A stretch of 64,000 bases of DNA, taken from sequence record NC_071039.1, one strand, 5' to 3'. The notes below the pieces were generated by a model. It searched no databases, was not told the origin of the DNA, and worked only from the letters and a program-made list of their open reading frames with translations. Below are positions 9,824 through 20,107 of this stretch, in pieces. The stretch's first letter is position 1. Each line of letters starts with the position of its first letter. The position numbers were made by a program, and so were the translations under genes.

Positions 9824-10198
9824 ATGAAAAAATCTAAATCTATCACTAGAGCCGAAAACAAAAAACATCAACAATATATAACTAATATGAAATTAGGTGG
9901 CAATCCTAATAAGTACGGTAAATCTAATACTTATAAAAAACCTAATATAGAACTAAGTCCTAGTATACCTGCATGGGCTACTACACTATCAGAATACAAA
10001 AGCATAGAAACAAATAAACCTATAAACAATGCTATTCCAGTCAAATATGAAGACGAATTTGCAATAAGAGAAGAAATTGCATTAAAAGAAAAAGAACGTA
10101 AAAAACAATTTGTTGCAGTAGCTTACAACAAGGGCGGATATGTATATTTAGGTGAAAATCCACCCGATGAAATTGTTAAATCAATTGGCAAAAAGTAA
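9824..10198 (+). CDS. conserved hypothetical phage protein
   Basis: C-terminal VAVAYNKGGYVY motif; directly downstream of the promoter. Confidence 0.65.
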   Translation: MKKSKSITRAENKKHQQYITNMKLGGNPNKYGKSNTYKKPNIELSPSIPAWATTLSEYKSIETNKPINNAIPVKYEDEFAIREEIALKEKERKKQFVAVAYNKGGYVYLGENPPDEIVKSIGKK

Positions 10199-10208
10199 AG
10201 GAACATTT

Positions 10209-10517
10209 ATGTTCTGCACACTACTAAACTTCTTTAAAAAAGATGTAAAGGTATATGCTGTAGTGGTACTTGCTCCTGGCTTAATTTGTTATCTAAGCAA
10301 GTTAAATAATTTCGATTTAAAGATGGCAACAAGAATTTCTGGTTCAAAATATAAATTAGACGAAAAATTAATCGAAATAATTACTAAAGAAGATGCCATA
10401 TTAAAAATGATATCGGGAGAAATTACTAAAGATGGTAAAAACTATGTTCGCTTTGTAGAAATACCAGATCGTCTTAGACAAGTATTAAAATACCATTACA
10501 TCGCAAATGTGATTTAA
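10209..10517 (+). CDS. hypothetical protein
   Basis: ATG at 10209 with AAGGA SD. Confidence 0.55.
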   Translation: MFCTLLNFFKKDVKVYAVVVLAPGLICYLSKLNNFDLKMATRISGSKYKLDEKLIEIITKEDAILKMISGEITKDGKNYVRFVEIPDRLRQVLKYHYIANVI

Positions 10518-10555
10518 TAGAAAAATATCTAAAAAGGAACACGAATAGTATAAAA

Positions 10556-11092
10556 ATGAAATATTACACTAAATGGTTTTTAATGACACACAGAAATAAA
10601 ATGTATGATTTTAAGAATCTATCATTTTATATATTACTAGTAGGAAATGTAGTTTTTAATCCTATTATAGCGAGTTTCTTAATTATTCTCAAAATAATGC
10701 AATTATTGCAAAATAAACCAGAATATTTAGATACTATCCCTGTGCTTAATGAAGTATTTTATATGTTTGTTGCTGAGTTAGTTTCTATATCTTATCGGTT
10801 TATAAATAAAACACCCGATTATGAAATATTTCATTCTTCGTTTAACAAAAGAAAACCAAAACAACATAAAAATAATACATGTAAAAAAAGAAATGATCGC
10901 TGTATCGGGGAAGAAACAATTAGCAATAAAAGATCATCATTTTATAATACAGGTGTTAAACTATATAAAGACAGCAAAGATAAAAGAAAACGATATGCTT
11001 ATCCTAGGCAATCCGGTCCGCTGAGCCCCTGCTGGTATCCTACATTTAGACTTCCTAAATATTTTAAGAGAAAAAAGAAAAAAGGGCTATAA
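10556..11092 (+). CDS. hypothetical membrane protein; 3' half overlaps an alternative ORF at 10821-11024
   Basis: Hydrophobic N-terminal half; stop codon lies inside the terminator loop; reading frame of the 3' half is ambiguous. Confidence 0.4.
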   Translation: MKYYTKWFLMTHRNKMYDFKNLSFYILLVGNVVFNPIIASFLIILKIMQLLQNKPEYLDTIPVLNEVFYMFVAELVSISYRFINKTPDYEIFHSSFNKRKPKQHKNNTCKKRNDRCIGEETISNKRSSFYNTGVKLYKDSKDKRKRYAYPRQSGPLSPCWYPTFRLPKYFKRKKKKGL

Positions 11093-11104
11093 TTGCCCTT
11101 TTTT
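11079..11104. terminator. intrinsic terminator
   Basis: AAAAAAGGGC-TATAATT-GCCCTTTTTT. Confidence 0.7.
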
Positions 11105-11294
11105 AATGATTAAAAAATTACGTTTTACTATGTTGACTAACTATATAGTTATTTGCTTTAATAACATCCTGCTTTGCAAAACAACAAATAATAGCATTCA
11201 TAAAAATTGTTAATTATGTGTTGTTTTAAAAGCTACAAGCTGTAAAATGTAGGTGTTAAACAGCAAAACATATTCAACCACAGAGGCATTATAG

Positions 11295-12410
11295 ATGGCT
11301 AAAAAAGAAAACATCGTAGAAACGTATCTTCGTCCGACGGAGTGTGCTGCAATTATCCGCGGCATGTTCAAGGCGAAGCGTCCTGTGTTCCTCTGGGGTC
11401 CGCCGGGGGTAGGCAAGTCGGATATCATCGCCCAGTTGGGTTTCGAGGCTGACCGGCCGGTCATCGACATGCGTCTGATCCTCATGGATCCCACTGATAT
11501 TAAGGGCATTCCGTACTACGATCCGAAAACCAATACCATGCGCTGGGCTATTCCGTCCGATCTTCCGCAACCCGGCGAAACTACCCTGGACAACGCCATC
11601 CTGTTCCTGGACGAAATGAACTCGGCGCCGGCGAGCGTGCAGGGCGCTGCGTATCAGCTCATCCTGAACCGTGCTATCGGTTCGTATAAGCTGCCCGATG
11701 GCGTCGACATTGTCGCTGCTGGTAACCGCGATACCGACAAGGGCGTTACTTATCGTATGCCTAGTCCGTTGGCCAACCGTTTCGTTCACTTGCAGATCGA
11801 AACCAACTTCGAGGACTGGCAGCAGTGGGCGCTTAACAACACGGTACACCCGGATGTAGTTGGCTACCTCACCCAGCACAAGCAGAACCTGTTCTGCTTC
11901 GATCCCCAAGATCGTAGCAAGGCGTTTGCTACTCCGCGAGCTTGGAAGTTCGTGTCCGACATCCTCCAACTCGCAGGAATCAACAAGGACCATCTGCTAC
12001 GTGCGACTATCGCAGGAACCGTCGGCGAAAGTCACAGCTACTCCTTCATGCAGCACATGAAGTATGCTTCGCAGCTTCCGAAGCCGGAAGATGTACTAAC
12101 CGGCCGGGTAACCGATCTCAAAGTCGAAGAGATCAGTGCTCGTTACTCGCTCGTGGTCAGTATGTGCTACACTCTAAAAGAGTGGCTGGCTGACGTAGCT
12201 GACGCCGACAAAAAGTACACTACCGAGGATTGGCACAAGTCGGTAAACTTGTTCTTCGAGTACATGATGAACAACTTTGCCCAAGAAATGGTCATCCTCG
12301 GCGCGCGTACTGCGTTGCGCGAATACCAACTGCCGATCAACAGAAAGTTGATCCCTTGCTTCACTAAGTTCTTCCAAGAGTACGGCAAGTTTATTGTCGA
12401 CTCGAACTAA
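11295..12410 (+). CDS. MoxR-like AAA+ ATPase
   Basis: Walker A GPPGVGKS, Walker B LFLDEMN, VAAGNR, SPLANRF; about 55% GC with C/G-ending codons. Confidence 0.9.
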   Translation: MAKKENIVETYLRPTECAAIIRGMFKAKRPVFLWGPPGVGKSDIIAQLGFEADRPVIDMRLILMDPTDIKGIPYYDPKTNTMRWAIPSDLPQPGETTLDNAILFLDEMNSAPASVQGAAYQLILNRAIGSYKLPDGVDIVAAGNRDTDKGVTYRMPSPLANRFVHLQIETNFEDWQQWALNNTVHPDVVGYLTQHKQNLFCFDPQDRSKAFATPRAWKFVSDILQLAGINKDHLLRATIAGTVGESHSYSFMQHMKYASQLPKPEDVLTGRVTDLKVEEISARYSLVVSMCYTLKEWLADVADADKKYTTEDWHKSVNLFFEYMMNNFAQEMVILGARTALREYQLPINRKLIPCFTKFFQEYGKFIVDSN

Positions 12411-12418
12411 GTAAGGGC

Positions 12419-12451
12419 AAAATAAAAGGGGCTTAAAGCCCCTTTTATTTT
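12419..12451. terminator. bidirectional intrinsic terminator
   Basis: AAAATAAAAGGGGC-TTAAA-GCCCCTTTTATTTT. Confidence 0.8.
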
Positions 12452-12479
12452 ATATATTCATAGGATACAGAATTATAGA

Positions 12480-13745
12480 ATGAGAACACTAACTTCATCT
12501 TTGTTTGTCATTATAATGACATTAGTAAATATCCTTTCTGTAATATATATGTATGTTACTAATGTGCCATTAATTTATATGCTTGTTGCAGTTCCTAATC
12601 AGTGTGTTATATCATTAATTTCTTGTGTATACAGAAAAATCATAGCAGAATTTTTTTATATAAAGAGATTTAGTTTTTATAAACTAGAAGTCGTTTTAGA
12701 CAAGCAAAGAGGGAGCTCAACAAAATATATTTTAAAATTAAATGTATTAGGTGAAACATATTATTACGATTTTCATGACAATCCTTTTTGCTGTCTTCCT
12801 ATTTATGCGAATTTCTATACTAATTCAGAATCATTGGCACTTAACACATTCCAAAGGTATGAAGACCAAGCTGAGCTATATAAAAAGAGCAGCGCCATTA
12901 CTACTGTAATAAAATCTAGTAAAGGTACTAAGTAGTATGAGACTTCCGTTCAGTAACATATGTTTAATATTAGTACCTTTATTTGCTGTATTGATTACTA
13001 TATGTATTATTCTAGAATACCAAGAACATGTCGTACTGGCACTAGTAATAATACCTTTAATAGTATGTGTACTGTCTGTCAGTATATGCGGGATTGCGAT
13101 ATTGTTTTATTTGATGATTCTCTGCGAAATATCTGAAAATAAATATTTTACTTCATTCGAAATAGAAGCTATAAAAAGAAAAGGTAAACCTACATTATAT
13201 TTTATAAAAAAGATATGGCTGTCCGAAATATTTTATTTTAATATAAAACAAAATAGATTTTCTATAAGAAGACATATACATAGTTCGTATGATTCATTAG
13301 AAAAAGCACTAAAAGAAATAGAACATATATATAAACAATACACAGAGACAGAATATAATAAAGTTGTGTTTAAAAAAGGAAAAAAATTAATATGATCGTC
13401 AGCGAGATTATATATTCTATTTTCATAGCTGCATTAATAACAGTTATGACTATACTATATATAAGTCTCAGAATAATAACATGTAAGATATTAAATAAGT
13501 CATTAAAGATTTCAGCTAATGTAATTATATATGGTACCTCTAATATAGAATATGTATATATTCCTGAAATAAAATATAAATTTCTTTCTTTTAAAATAAC
13601 ACATTCTGGTTTAGTTATGTTTGACAAAGAGTTTGGATTTAGGACACTAAACGATGCTATAAATGCATTAAATATGTATGTAGACACCGATATTATAAAA
13701 ATAGTATATAAAAAGGTACCCACATTTTATACTTGGCACGAATAA
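12480..13745 (+). CDS. three tandem membrane-anchored proteins (12480-12935, 12937-13395, 13392-13745), probably paralogous
   Basis: Each has one or two N-terminal TM segments and a similar C-terminal helix (SESLAL, SLEKALKEI, TLNDAINAL). Confidence 0.55.
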
Positions 13746-15241
13746 TGGATAATTTTGATATAGAATTAAAAGAACTCATAAAAAATACAAATCCTAACGC
13801 ATTAGGAAATGTAGTAAAAAGTAAAAAAGAAATATATGAGGAATTAGTTCGTCGAACTAATTCCTTTCTTCGTGACGACGTTTCTGTAACAGAAAGGATT
13901 CATATATACTTAAATCCGGCTGATAATGTTTACTGTAAGTATGATAACAAACGGACACTAAAGCGAAATAAAGATACAAAACAAACCCAATACGGATTTT
14001 GCGGAAATAAAAGTAAATGTAAATGTCATATGGAATGGTCTTTAAAAAATCATCCAGGCATGACACAATCCGGAAAAGAAAGTATGAAAACAAAGAGGAT
14101 AAAAACTTGGATAGAAAAATACGGTGTCGATAATCCATCTAAGTCAAAAGATATTATTGCAAAACAGCAATTAAGTAAAAAACATATAAAGCCAGATCAT
14201 AGAGCTATAAAGGAGTTGGGATATAAAAAAGTAGTAGAACGACTTTCTAATATACTCACCCCTACGTTTAGTATAGACGAGTACGAAGGGTGCTTTAGAA
14301 AAAATGTGTATGACTGGGTATGCAATGCATGCGGAAATATAGTTATCGGACACGTAGATTATGGGTCTACTCCGAGGTGCAATGTTTGTAATCCTATAAC
14401 AAAGTCTGCCGGCGAGAATGAAATATCTAACTATATAGTATCGCTAGGATTTGATGTGATTAACAATGACCGAACTATATTATCTAACAAAGAATTAGAT
14501 ATAGTAATTAAAGGTACAAACATAGCAATAGAATATAATGGTTGTTATTGGCATTCTACAAAACACAGAAAAAAATCATATCATGTAGATAAATTTATAG
14601 AATGCAGAGATAAAGGAATAAAGTTAATACAAATTTTAGATGTAGATTGGATATCAAAACAAGACATAATAAAATCAAGGTTAAAATCTATTTTAGGTTG
14701 TAGTGATAGAATATATGCAAGGAATACAACTATAAAAGAAATAACATTTAACGAATCTTTAACTTTTTTAGAAGAAACTCACATCCAAGGTTCTTGTCAA
14801 TCATCTGTAAGACTAGGTCTATACGACAGTGAGAATATGTTAGTAGCAGTAATGACATTTGGGAAATCTAGATATACAAAAGAGGAATATGAATTACTTA
14901 GATATGCTAGCAAAAATACTGTTGTAGGAGGAGCCAGCAAACTTCTTAAATATTTCATAAAAACATATTCCCCTAAATCTATTATTACATATGCAGATAG
15001 GTGTTGGTCAGATGGAAATTTATATAAACAACTCGGGTTTACAAATGTAACCAAGAATGACAGAAATACAGGATATTGGTATATAAAAGACAACATAAAA
15101 TATCATAGATCTAATTTCATAAAATCTAAGATTTCTAATAAAAATAATTTACATCTAAGCGAATCAGAAATAATGGATAGTTTAGGTTATTTAAAATATT
15201 ACGATTGCGGCAATTACAAATATACATTGCAGGTACGCTAG
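13745..15241 (+). mobile_element. Hef-like free-standing homing endonuclease gene
   Basis: EKYGVDNPSKS motif, CxxC pairs, PD-(D/E)xK-type ELDIVI...IAIEYNGCYWH, and the C-terminal AVMTFGKSR/GGASKLLKYF/YADRCWS/YDCG domain typical of phage Hef-like HEGs. Confidence 0.7.
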
Positions 15242-15296
15242 CATAATGTTATACTTGTAACGTAACACAAAACATATCATTTTAACGGAGCATTAT

Positions 15297-16481
15297 ATGT
15301 CCACTAAAACCCTAGAAGAACGCATCATCCGCGCCCGTGTTCAGTTGCTGTTGAACCATCCGTTTTTCGGGACCTTGGCGCTGCGCCTTAAACTAGTCGA
15401 GGCGAACGACTGGTGCCCTACTGCCGGTACTGATGGACGCCATCTTTATTATAATACCAAGTTCCTCGAAGACTTGGACGATAAGGAACTTATCTTCCTC
15501 ATCGGTCATGAGGTAATGCACGTCGTCTACGACCACATGGGACGGCGTGGCAGCAGAGAGCCTAAACTGTGGAACTGTGCTGCCGACTTTGTTATCAACC
15601 TCGAATTGCACGATATGAAAATCGGCAAGCTTATCCACCGTCCGGGTACTTGCGAGCCGTGCTTTGATGAAAAGTACCGCGGAATGTCCGCTGACCAGAT
15701 CTATGAACTAATTAAGAAAGATCCGTCACTAAAAGATAAAGATAGCTTCGACGTTCACCTCGAACCCGGTGGTGCCGGGAATGAAGACGGCGATGCTTCT
15801 GGCAAATCCGGTCCTATCCCTATGTCTGCAGATGAGCAAGCTGCTCTTCGGGACGAGATCACTGAAGCTGTTCTTCAGGCTGCTAAAGCTGCTGGTGTCG
15901 GCAACACTCCGGCAGGTGTGCGTCAGATGATCAGTGACATCACTGAACCTAAACTAGATTGGCGCGAATTGCTAAACCAGACTATTCCGTCGCACATTAA
16001 ATCCGACTATATGTGGACTCGTCCGTCGCGGAAGAGTTGGGGAACTGGTGCGACTCTGCCGGGTCAGATTGTTGATGACAAAATCGATGTTATCCTGGCA
16101 CTAGACGCCTCTGGTTCGATTAGCTCTTCTCAGCTAAGGGATTTCTTAGGAGAAGTGTTAGGAATTATGGAACAGTTTAGTGACTTTTCCATACAAGTGC
16201 TAACGTTTGATACTAGAGTGTATGAATTCCGAAAATATACTCCCGACAATGCAGACGAAATCTATGAGTATCCCCTTAAAGGCGGCGGCGGCACCGATTT
16301 TGTGGCTGTGTTTAACTTCCTTAAAGATACGCTCACTGAACCGCCGCATCAGTTAGTATTCTTCACTGACATGGAAGTGTATGACTACGGCGATCCTAAC
16401 TATTGCGATACTGTGTTTATAAACCACGGTCGCAAAGGTGTAACTGCACCGTTTGGCATCACCATCGACTACGACGAATAA
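15297..16481 (+). CDS. HEXXH metallopeptidase-vWA fusion (DUF2201-like), partner of the MoxR ATPase
   Basis: GHEVMH zincin motif; MIDAS DASGS, GGGGTDF and FFTD; GC-rich like the ATPase. Confidence 0.88.
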   Translation: MSTKTLEERIIRARVQLLLNHPFFGTLALRLKLVEANDWCPTAGTDGRHLYYNTKFLEDLDDKELIFLIGHEVMHVVYDHMGRRGSREPKLWNCAADFVINLELHDMKIGKLIHRPGTCEPCFDEKYRGMSADQIYELIKKDPSLKDKDSFDVHLEPGGAGNEDGDASGKSGPIPMSADEQAALRDEITEAVLQAAKAAGVGNTPAGVRQMISDITEPKLDWRELLNQTIPSHIKSDYMWTRPSRKSWGTGATLPGQIVDDKIDVILALDASGSISSSQLRDFLGEVLGIMEQFSDFSIQVLTFDTRVYEFRKYTPDNADEIYEYPLKGGGGTDFVAVFNFLKDTLTEPPHQLVFFTDMEVYDYGDPNYCDTVFINHGRKGVTAPFGITIDYDE

Positions 16482-16494
16482 TCGTAGGTTAAAA

Positions 16495-16523
16495 CAAAAA
16501 AGGGGCTTATAAGCCCCTTTTTT
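16495..16523. terminator. bidirectional intrinsic terminator
   Basis: AAAAAAGGGGC-TTATAA-GCCCCTTTTTT. Confidence 0.8.
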
Positions 16524-16527
16524 GTTG

Positions 16528-16715
16528 ACTAGTTTTAACTACTTAAAGCGCTGTAGCATAGCTGTACATAAGCGCTAAATTAGCGCAAATTTGCGTGTTT
16601 TTATGCGTTACAATACATAGCTAATACTACGCATGCAAAACGCGCTATAGCGCAAATTTGCGTGTTTTAAGCACATCTACTATGCTTTTTATTTTGCATT
16701 GTATTTAATGCACAG
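16528..16715. repeat. GA/TC/GG/CC-free island A with internal repeats
   Basis: 149 nt with none of the four dinucleotides and one TC in 188 nt; TAGCGCAAATTTGCGTGTTTT occurs twice. Confidence 0.8.
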
Positions 16716-16762
16716 GGACAGTATTGTATGCTTGTTTGTGTCATATAAGACAATAAAATGTT

Positions 16763-17005
16763 ATGTTACATTATCTTCCAGTTATACTATTCGTTTATGT
16801 TATAGGAAACATATTATCATTGTTTTTATACAATGTAGTATCATACAGCACACTATTTCCATATAGTATGTTACACAAACAAAACCACAAGAAAACTCTG
16901 TTTCATAAATTTATAAAAATGTGGTGGTTTTCCTACTTAAACATTATTGTACTCAGTTGTGCTTGCATATATGTAATAGGCAAAAAATATATAAAGAGAA
17001 TTTGA
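16763..17005 (+). CDS. small membrane protein
   Basis: Two hydrophobic segments; converges on the terminator at 17061. Confidence 0.5.
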   Translation: MLHYLPVILFVYVIGNILSLFLYNVVSYSTLFPYSMLHKQNHKKTLFHKFIKMWWFSYLNIIVLSCACIYVIGKKYIKRI

Positions 17006-17060
17006 AATATTATAAAGATTTTATTAAGATTATGATAAATTTAATATAGAACTAATTTAC

Positions 17061-17091
17061 AAAATAAAAGGGCTTAACGCCCTTTTATTTT
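17061..17091. terminator. bidirectional terminator between convergent genes
   Basis: AAAATAAAAGGGC-TTAAC-GCCCTTTTATTTT. Confidence 0.8.
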
Positions 17092-17097
17092 AATCAA

Positions 17098-17418
17098 TTA
17101 TTCTATTTTTGCATGAATAGTACATAGCATATTGTGATATGCTTCCTGGTATTCAGATTCTAGTTTAATCATATCTAAGTAGATAAAAATAGCCTCTATT
17201 TTGCCTAACTTAGACAACCGTTCATCTTTTTTGCTCTTAATTAGATTTCCTATAAACTGTCTGTCAAATTTATTAACAGAACCGTTTTCACAAATAACTT
17301 CTACATAATCTACATAAGAAAGATGTAAATCGTCTAAGCTTATGCTAGGCAGAAATTCTTCTATATCAAACGAAATCCCCTCCTGTTCGGGGAGTTTTTT
17401 AAGATAGATTTTGGCCAT
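17098..17418 (-). CDS. hypothetical protein (late-promoter associated)
   Basis: GGAG SD; CTAAATA on the minus strand at 17447-17453. Confidence 0.6.
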   Translation of the reverse strand: MAKIYLKKLPEQEGISFDIEEFLPSISLDDLHLSYVDYVEVICENGSVNKFDRQFIGNLIKSKKDERLSKLGKIEAIFIYLDMIKLESEYQEAYHNMLCTIHAKIE

Positions 17419-17554
17419 ATATGCTACTCCGTTCTATGCATATAGATATTTAGCAATTATACAAAAATGCATAGTTTTAATAGCACACACAAACACGATG
17501 CAGCGTATTAGTTAGTTTTATTACCAAGCAAAATTGTGCATTTTTTGCCCAAAA

Positions 17555-17582
17555 AAAACAGCCCTAGCTAGGGCTGTTTTGT
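17555..17582 (-). terminator. intrinsic terminator
   Basis: AAAAACAGCCCTAG/CTAGGGCTGTTTTT inverted repeat. Confidence 0.7.
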
Positions 17583-17585
17583 TAG

Positions 17586-17825
17586 TTAAAGCTTTTCTAA
17601 AACAAGTGTTAGCGCATCTTCTCCTATATTAAAGTGTTGTGTCGCACTAACATGACAAAACTTGCCATATATATCTAATGCAGATATTACAACATCTTCA
17701 ATAACTTTTTCTATCATTTCACTAGTATCTTTACATCTACATTTTAGTGTAATGTTATCCATAGTTTCTTCAATGGATATAATATTAATGCCCTTTACTT
17801 CTAAAGCTTCTTTTATTTCTTGCAT
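17586..17825 (-). CDS. hypothetical protein
   Basis: Start MQEIKE with GGAG SD just after the upstream stop. Confidence 0.55.
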   Translation of the reverse strand: MQEIKEALEVKGINIISIEETMDNITLKCRCKDTSEMIEKVIEDVVISALDIYGKFCHVSATQHFNIGEDALTLVLEKL

Positions 17826-17826
17826 T

Positions 17827-18567
17827 TTACTCCGCGCGAGTGGAATCGCGCTCAAGTTTTTGAGAAACCTTAAGTTCTAATTCCTCAACGGCCTTAGCTT
17901 TGCTTTCTTCTAGTAAAGCTCTAGCCTTTTCTTCTTCTCGTTTCTGCCTAGCTTCCCTGCGCTTTTCCTTACGTTTTTCTAGGCGCTCTTTGTAACGTTC
18001 TTCTAGTTCTTCTTCTGTAAGTTCACGCTGACGACCCGGAGCTGGTTTTAGTTCAGGACATAAAGAATATGCAAGCTCTAACTTTGCATCAGCCTCTTCT
18101 TTAAGTAACCGTGCTTGAACTATAAGACCTTCTGCTCGTTGTTTATCAGTAATAGATTCTTCAACTACAGGTACTGATGCGGTTTCTGTATGTACAGGGT
18201 CGGCACCTGCTAATGCAGCTTCACGTATCTGAGAATTAATAAGTTCTAAAGCAACATTAGTACCTGGGTACGGTTGCATAAAAACCTGTCTAACTTCCAC
18301 TTTGCGTAAAAAAGACCGATCGTGCATTGTACGAAGTGCAGGCAATCCGTCACCTAAAAGTTTATTATTTAGGACAGTATACAAATCGACAGAATTTTGT
18401 CCTTCTCTACTTTCAACTATAGTTTTTAGGTTATCTTGGTACATGTCTGGTAGTCTATCTATTTCAACTACTAAACAATGAGTAGGATCATCGGGTAATT
18501 CCCGGAACACGACATACACACGTGTTCCGGTATTAGCGATTTTCCCTATGTGGCGCTTAAGACTCAT
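17827..18567 (-). CDS. conserved hypothetical jumbo-phage protein with C-terminal coiled coil
   Basis: KRHIG...RVYVVFRELP...CLVV N-terminus; E/K/R-rich tail. Confidence 0.7.
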   Translation of the reverse strand: MSLKRHIGKIANTGTRVYVVFRELPDDPTHCLVVEIDRLPDMYQDNLKTIVESREGQNSVDLYTVLNNKLLGDGLPALRTMHDRSFLRKVEVRQVFMQPYPGTNVALELINSQIREAALAGADPVHTETASVPVVEESITDKQRAEGLIVQARLLKEEADAKLELAYSLCPELKPAPGRQRELTEEELEERYKERLEKRKEKRREARQKREEEKARALLEESKAKAVEELELKVSQKLERDSTRAE

Positions 18568-18584
18568 TAGGAAATCTCCGTGTA

Positions 18585-18887
18585 TTATTTGGCTTCAGTT
18601 TCAGCTTCTTGCTCTTCTTGTTTAGGTTCAATTGCTGATACAAAAGATTTAACTTTACTAAACACTCCACCGACGCTAGCCATTTCTTCTGCGCGGAATG
18701 CTCCGCGTTGGCATGCAACATCAACTATGGTTAGTAAATCTTTAATGTCTTGTACACCTAGACGAGGTTCTTCGCTTGCTTGTTCAGTCATATTCTCTTG
18801 ATCTACAACTTCTTTTTCTACAACTTCTTTTTCTACAACTTCTTTTTCTACAACTTCTTTTTCTACAGCTTTAGCTTTCTTAGCCAT
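18585..18887 (-). CDS. conserved small acidic phage protein
   Basis: DIKDLLTIVDVACQRGAFRAEEMASVG motif; N-terminal (VEKEV)n repeat. Confidence 0.7.
   Translation of the reverse strand: MAKKAKAVEKEVVEKEVVEKEVVEKEVVDQENMTEQASEEPRLGVQDIKDLLTIVDVACQRGAFRAEEMASVGGVFSKVKSFVSAIEPKQEEQEAETEAK
18803..18862. repeat. 15 nt tandem repeat x4 (coding VEKEV)
   Basis: CTACAACTTCTTTTT four times, exact. Confidence 0.9.
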
Positions 18888-19482
18888 TTAACATTTCTCC
18901 GTAATTGTGTGTCGGGCTCGATTCAATTTCTGATATACATTTTTTATCAGTAATAATTATTAAGTTTGAATCCCACGGCAAATAAAATTTCCAATCACTA
19001 TCTCTTATTAAAATAGGTAATTGTTGCCTACGAGAAACAAGTTCATAATAAGTAGGTCTATGTGGCATTTTAATGGGAATAATATTCTTGTTATCGCCTT
19101 TTTTGTTATTACAAACTTTACATGCAGTGCATATATTAGTCCAATTTGTCTTACCACCGTATCTCTTAGGTAAAACATGATCAAGTGTTAGTTGTTTAAC
19201 AGGAAACGTTCTAAAACAAAACTGACACTGATAGTTATCCCTTAAATATACGTTGTTTCTGGAAAACTTTGTTTTATGATTCCATTTAATGTATTCAGTT
19301 GACATTACAATAGACGGAACCTTCATAGTAATACTGGGAGAATTAACTTCCCAATTGTCGTAATTTTTTAAAATTTCGACCTTGCCAAGCGATACTAATT
19401 TAATACTAGTTTGCCAGTCTACAACAGATAATGGTAACATGCATAACGGATTACCGTCTTTGTCAAGTATCAAAGTATCCAT
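18880..19482 (-). CDS. HNH endonuclease (HNH_5/McrA-like)
   Basis: RDNYQCQFC, LTLDHVLP, WTNICTACKVCNNKKG. Confidence 0.88.
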   Translation of the reverse strand: MDTLILDKDGNPLCMLPLSVVDWQTSIKLVSLGKVEILKNYDNWEVNSPSITMKVPSIVMSTEYIKWNHKTKFSRNNVYLRDNYQCQFCFRTFPVKQLTLDHVLPKRYGGKTNWTNICTACKVCNNKKGDNKNIIPIKMPHRPTYYELVSRRQQLPILIRDSDWKFYLPWDSNLIIITDKKCISEIESSPTHNYGEMLNG

Positions 19483-19509
19483 TTATAAACTACACAGTTA
19501 TTTATCTTT

Positions 19510-19987
19510 TTATTTCATGTATTTCTTTAATTCTTCCGGAAAACCTTTTAATGTTACAAACACTTGATCTTCCTGTTTTTCGAAATCAATGTTATAAAAA
19601 ATTTCATTTTTTGCAGGTTGTATTTCTTCTAAAATAGTATACTTTCCATCACAATTAGAGTCTAGCCATACACCTAAGTAAAGCTTAAATACCTCTCCTA
19701 ACCCGTTAGCAGATCGTTGTACACTAAACCTAGTCATATTAACAAAATCCACTTAATATTCCTGGGTCTACATATTGTGAAAAGTATACAGTAGATCTAC
19801 CATCTTGTATTTTTATATACCAAGGATATTTTATATTGGTACTAATAACTGCAATGAGTTTTTCTACTTCATCCTTAGAAATATGAACTACATATTTGTT
19901 ATAAAGTAAATTAGAATATAGAGTAGTGCCTTTTAATGAATAAAATTCGTCTTCTGTTAATCTATATTCCCGTGTGACAGAAATCAT
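19510..19987 (-). CDS. two small hypothetical proteins (19510-19752, 19739-19987)
   Basis: Tandem ORFs, AAGGAG SD before 19987. Confidence 0.55.
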
Positions 19988-20071
19988 ATACGTTTCTCCT
20001 TTTATTAAAGTATTTATCTACGTATATATTTCCTAAGAAGGGAAACAACGCCTTCCCTAGCTAGTGTGCAT

Positions 20072-20100
20072 ATTATATAACAGCATATTACCGTTGTCAA
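20072..20100 (-). promoter_or_regulatory. consensus sigma70 promoter
   Basis: TTGACA-17 nt-TATAAT exact on the minus strand. Confidence 0.85.
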
Positions 20101-20107
20101 TATATTT

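Noticed and set aside
11210-12388. Long antisense and alternative-frame ORFs over the MoxR gene (also 15393-15638 and 32534-33040)
   Set aside because: Shadow ORFs expected from GC-rich codon bias, which removes stop codons in other frames; no SD or recognisable motifs.
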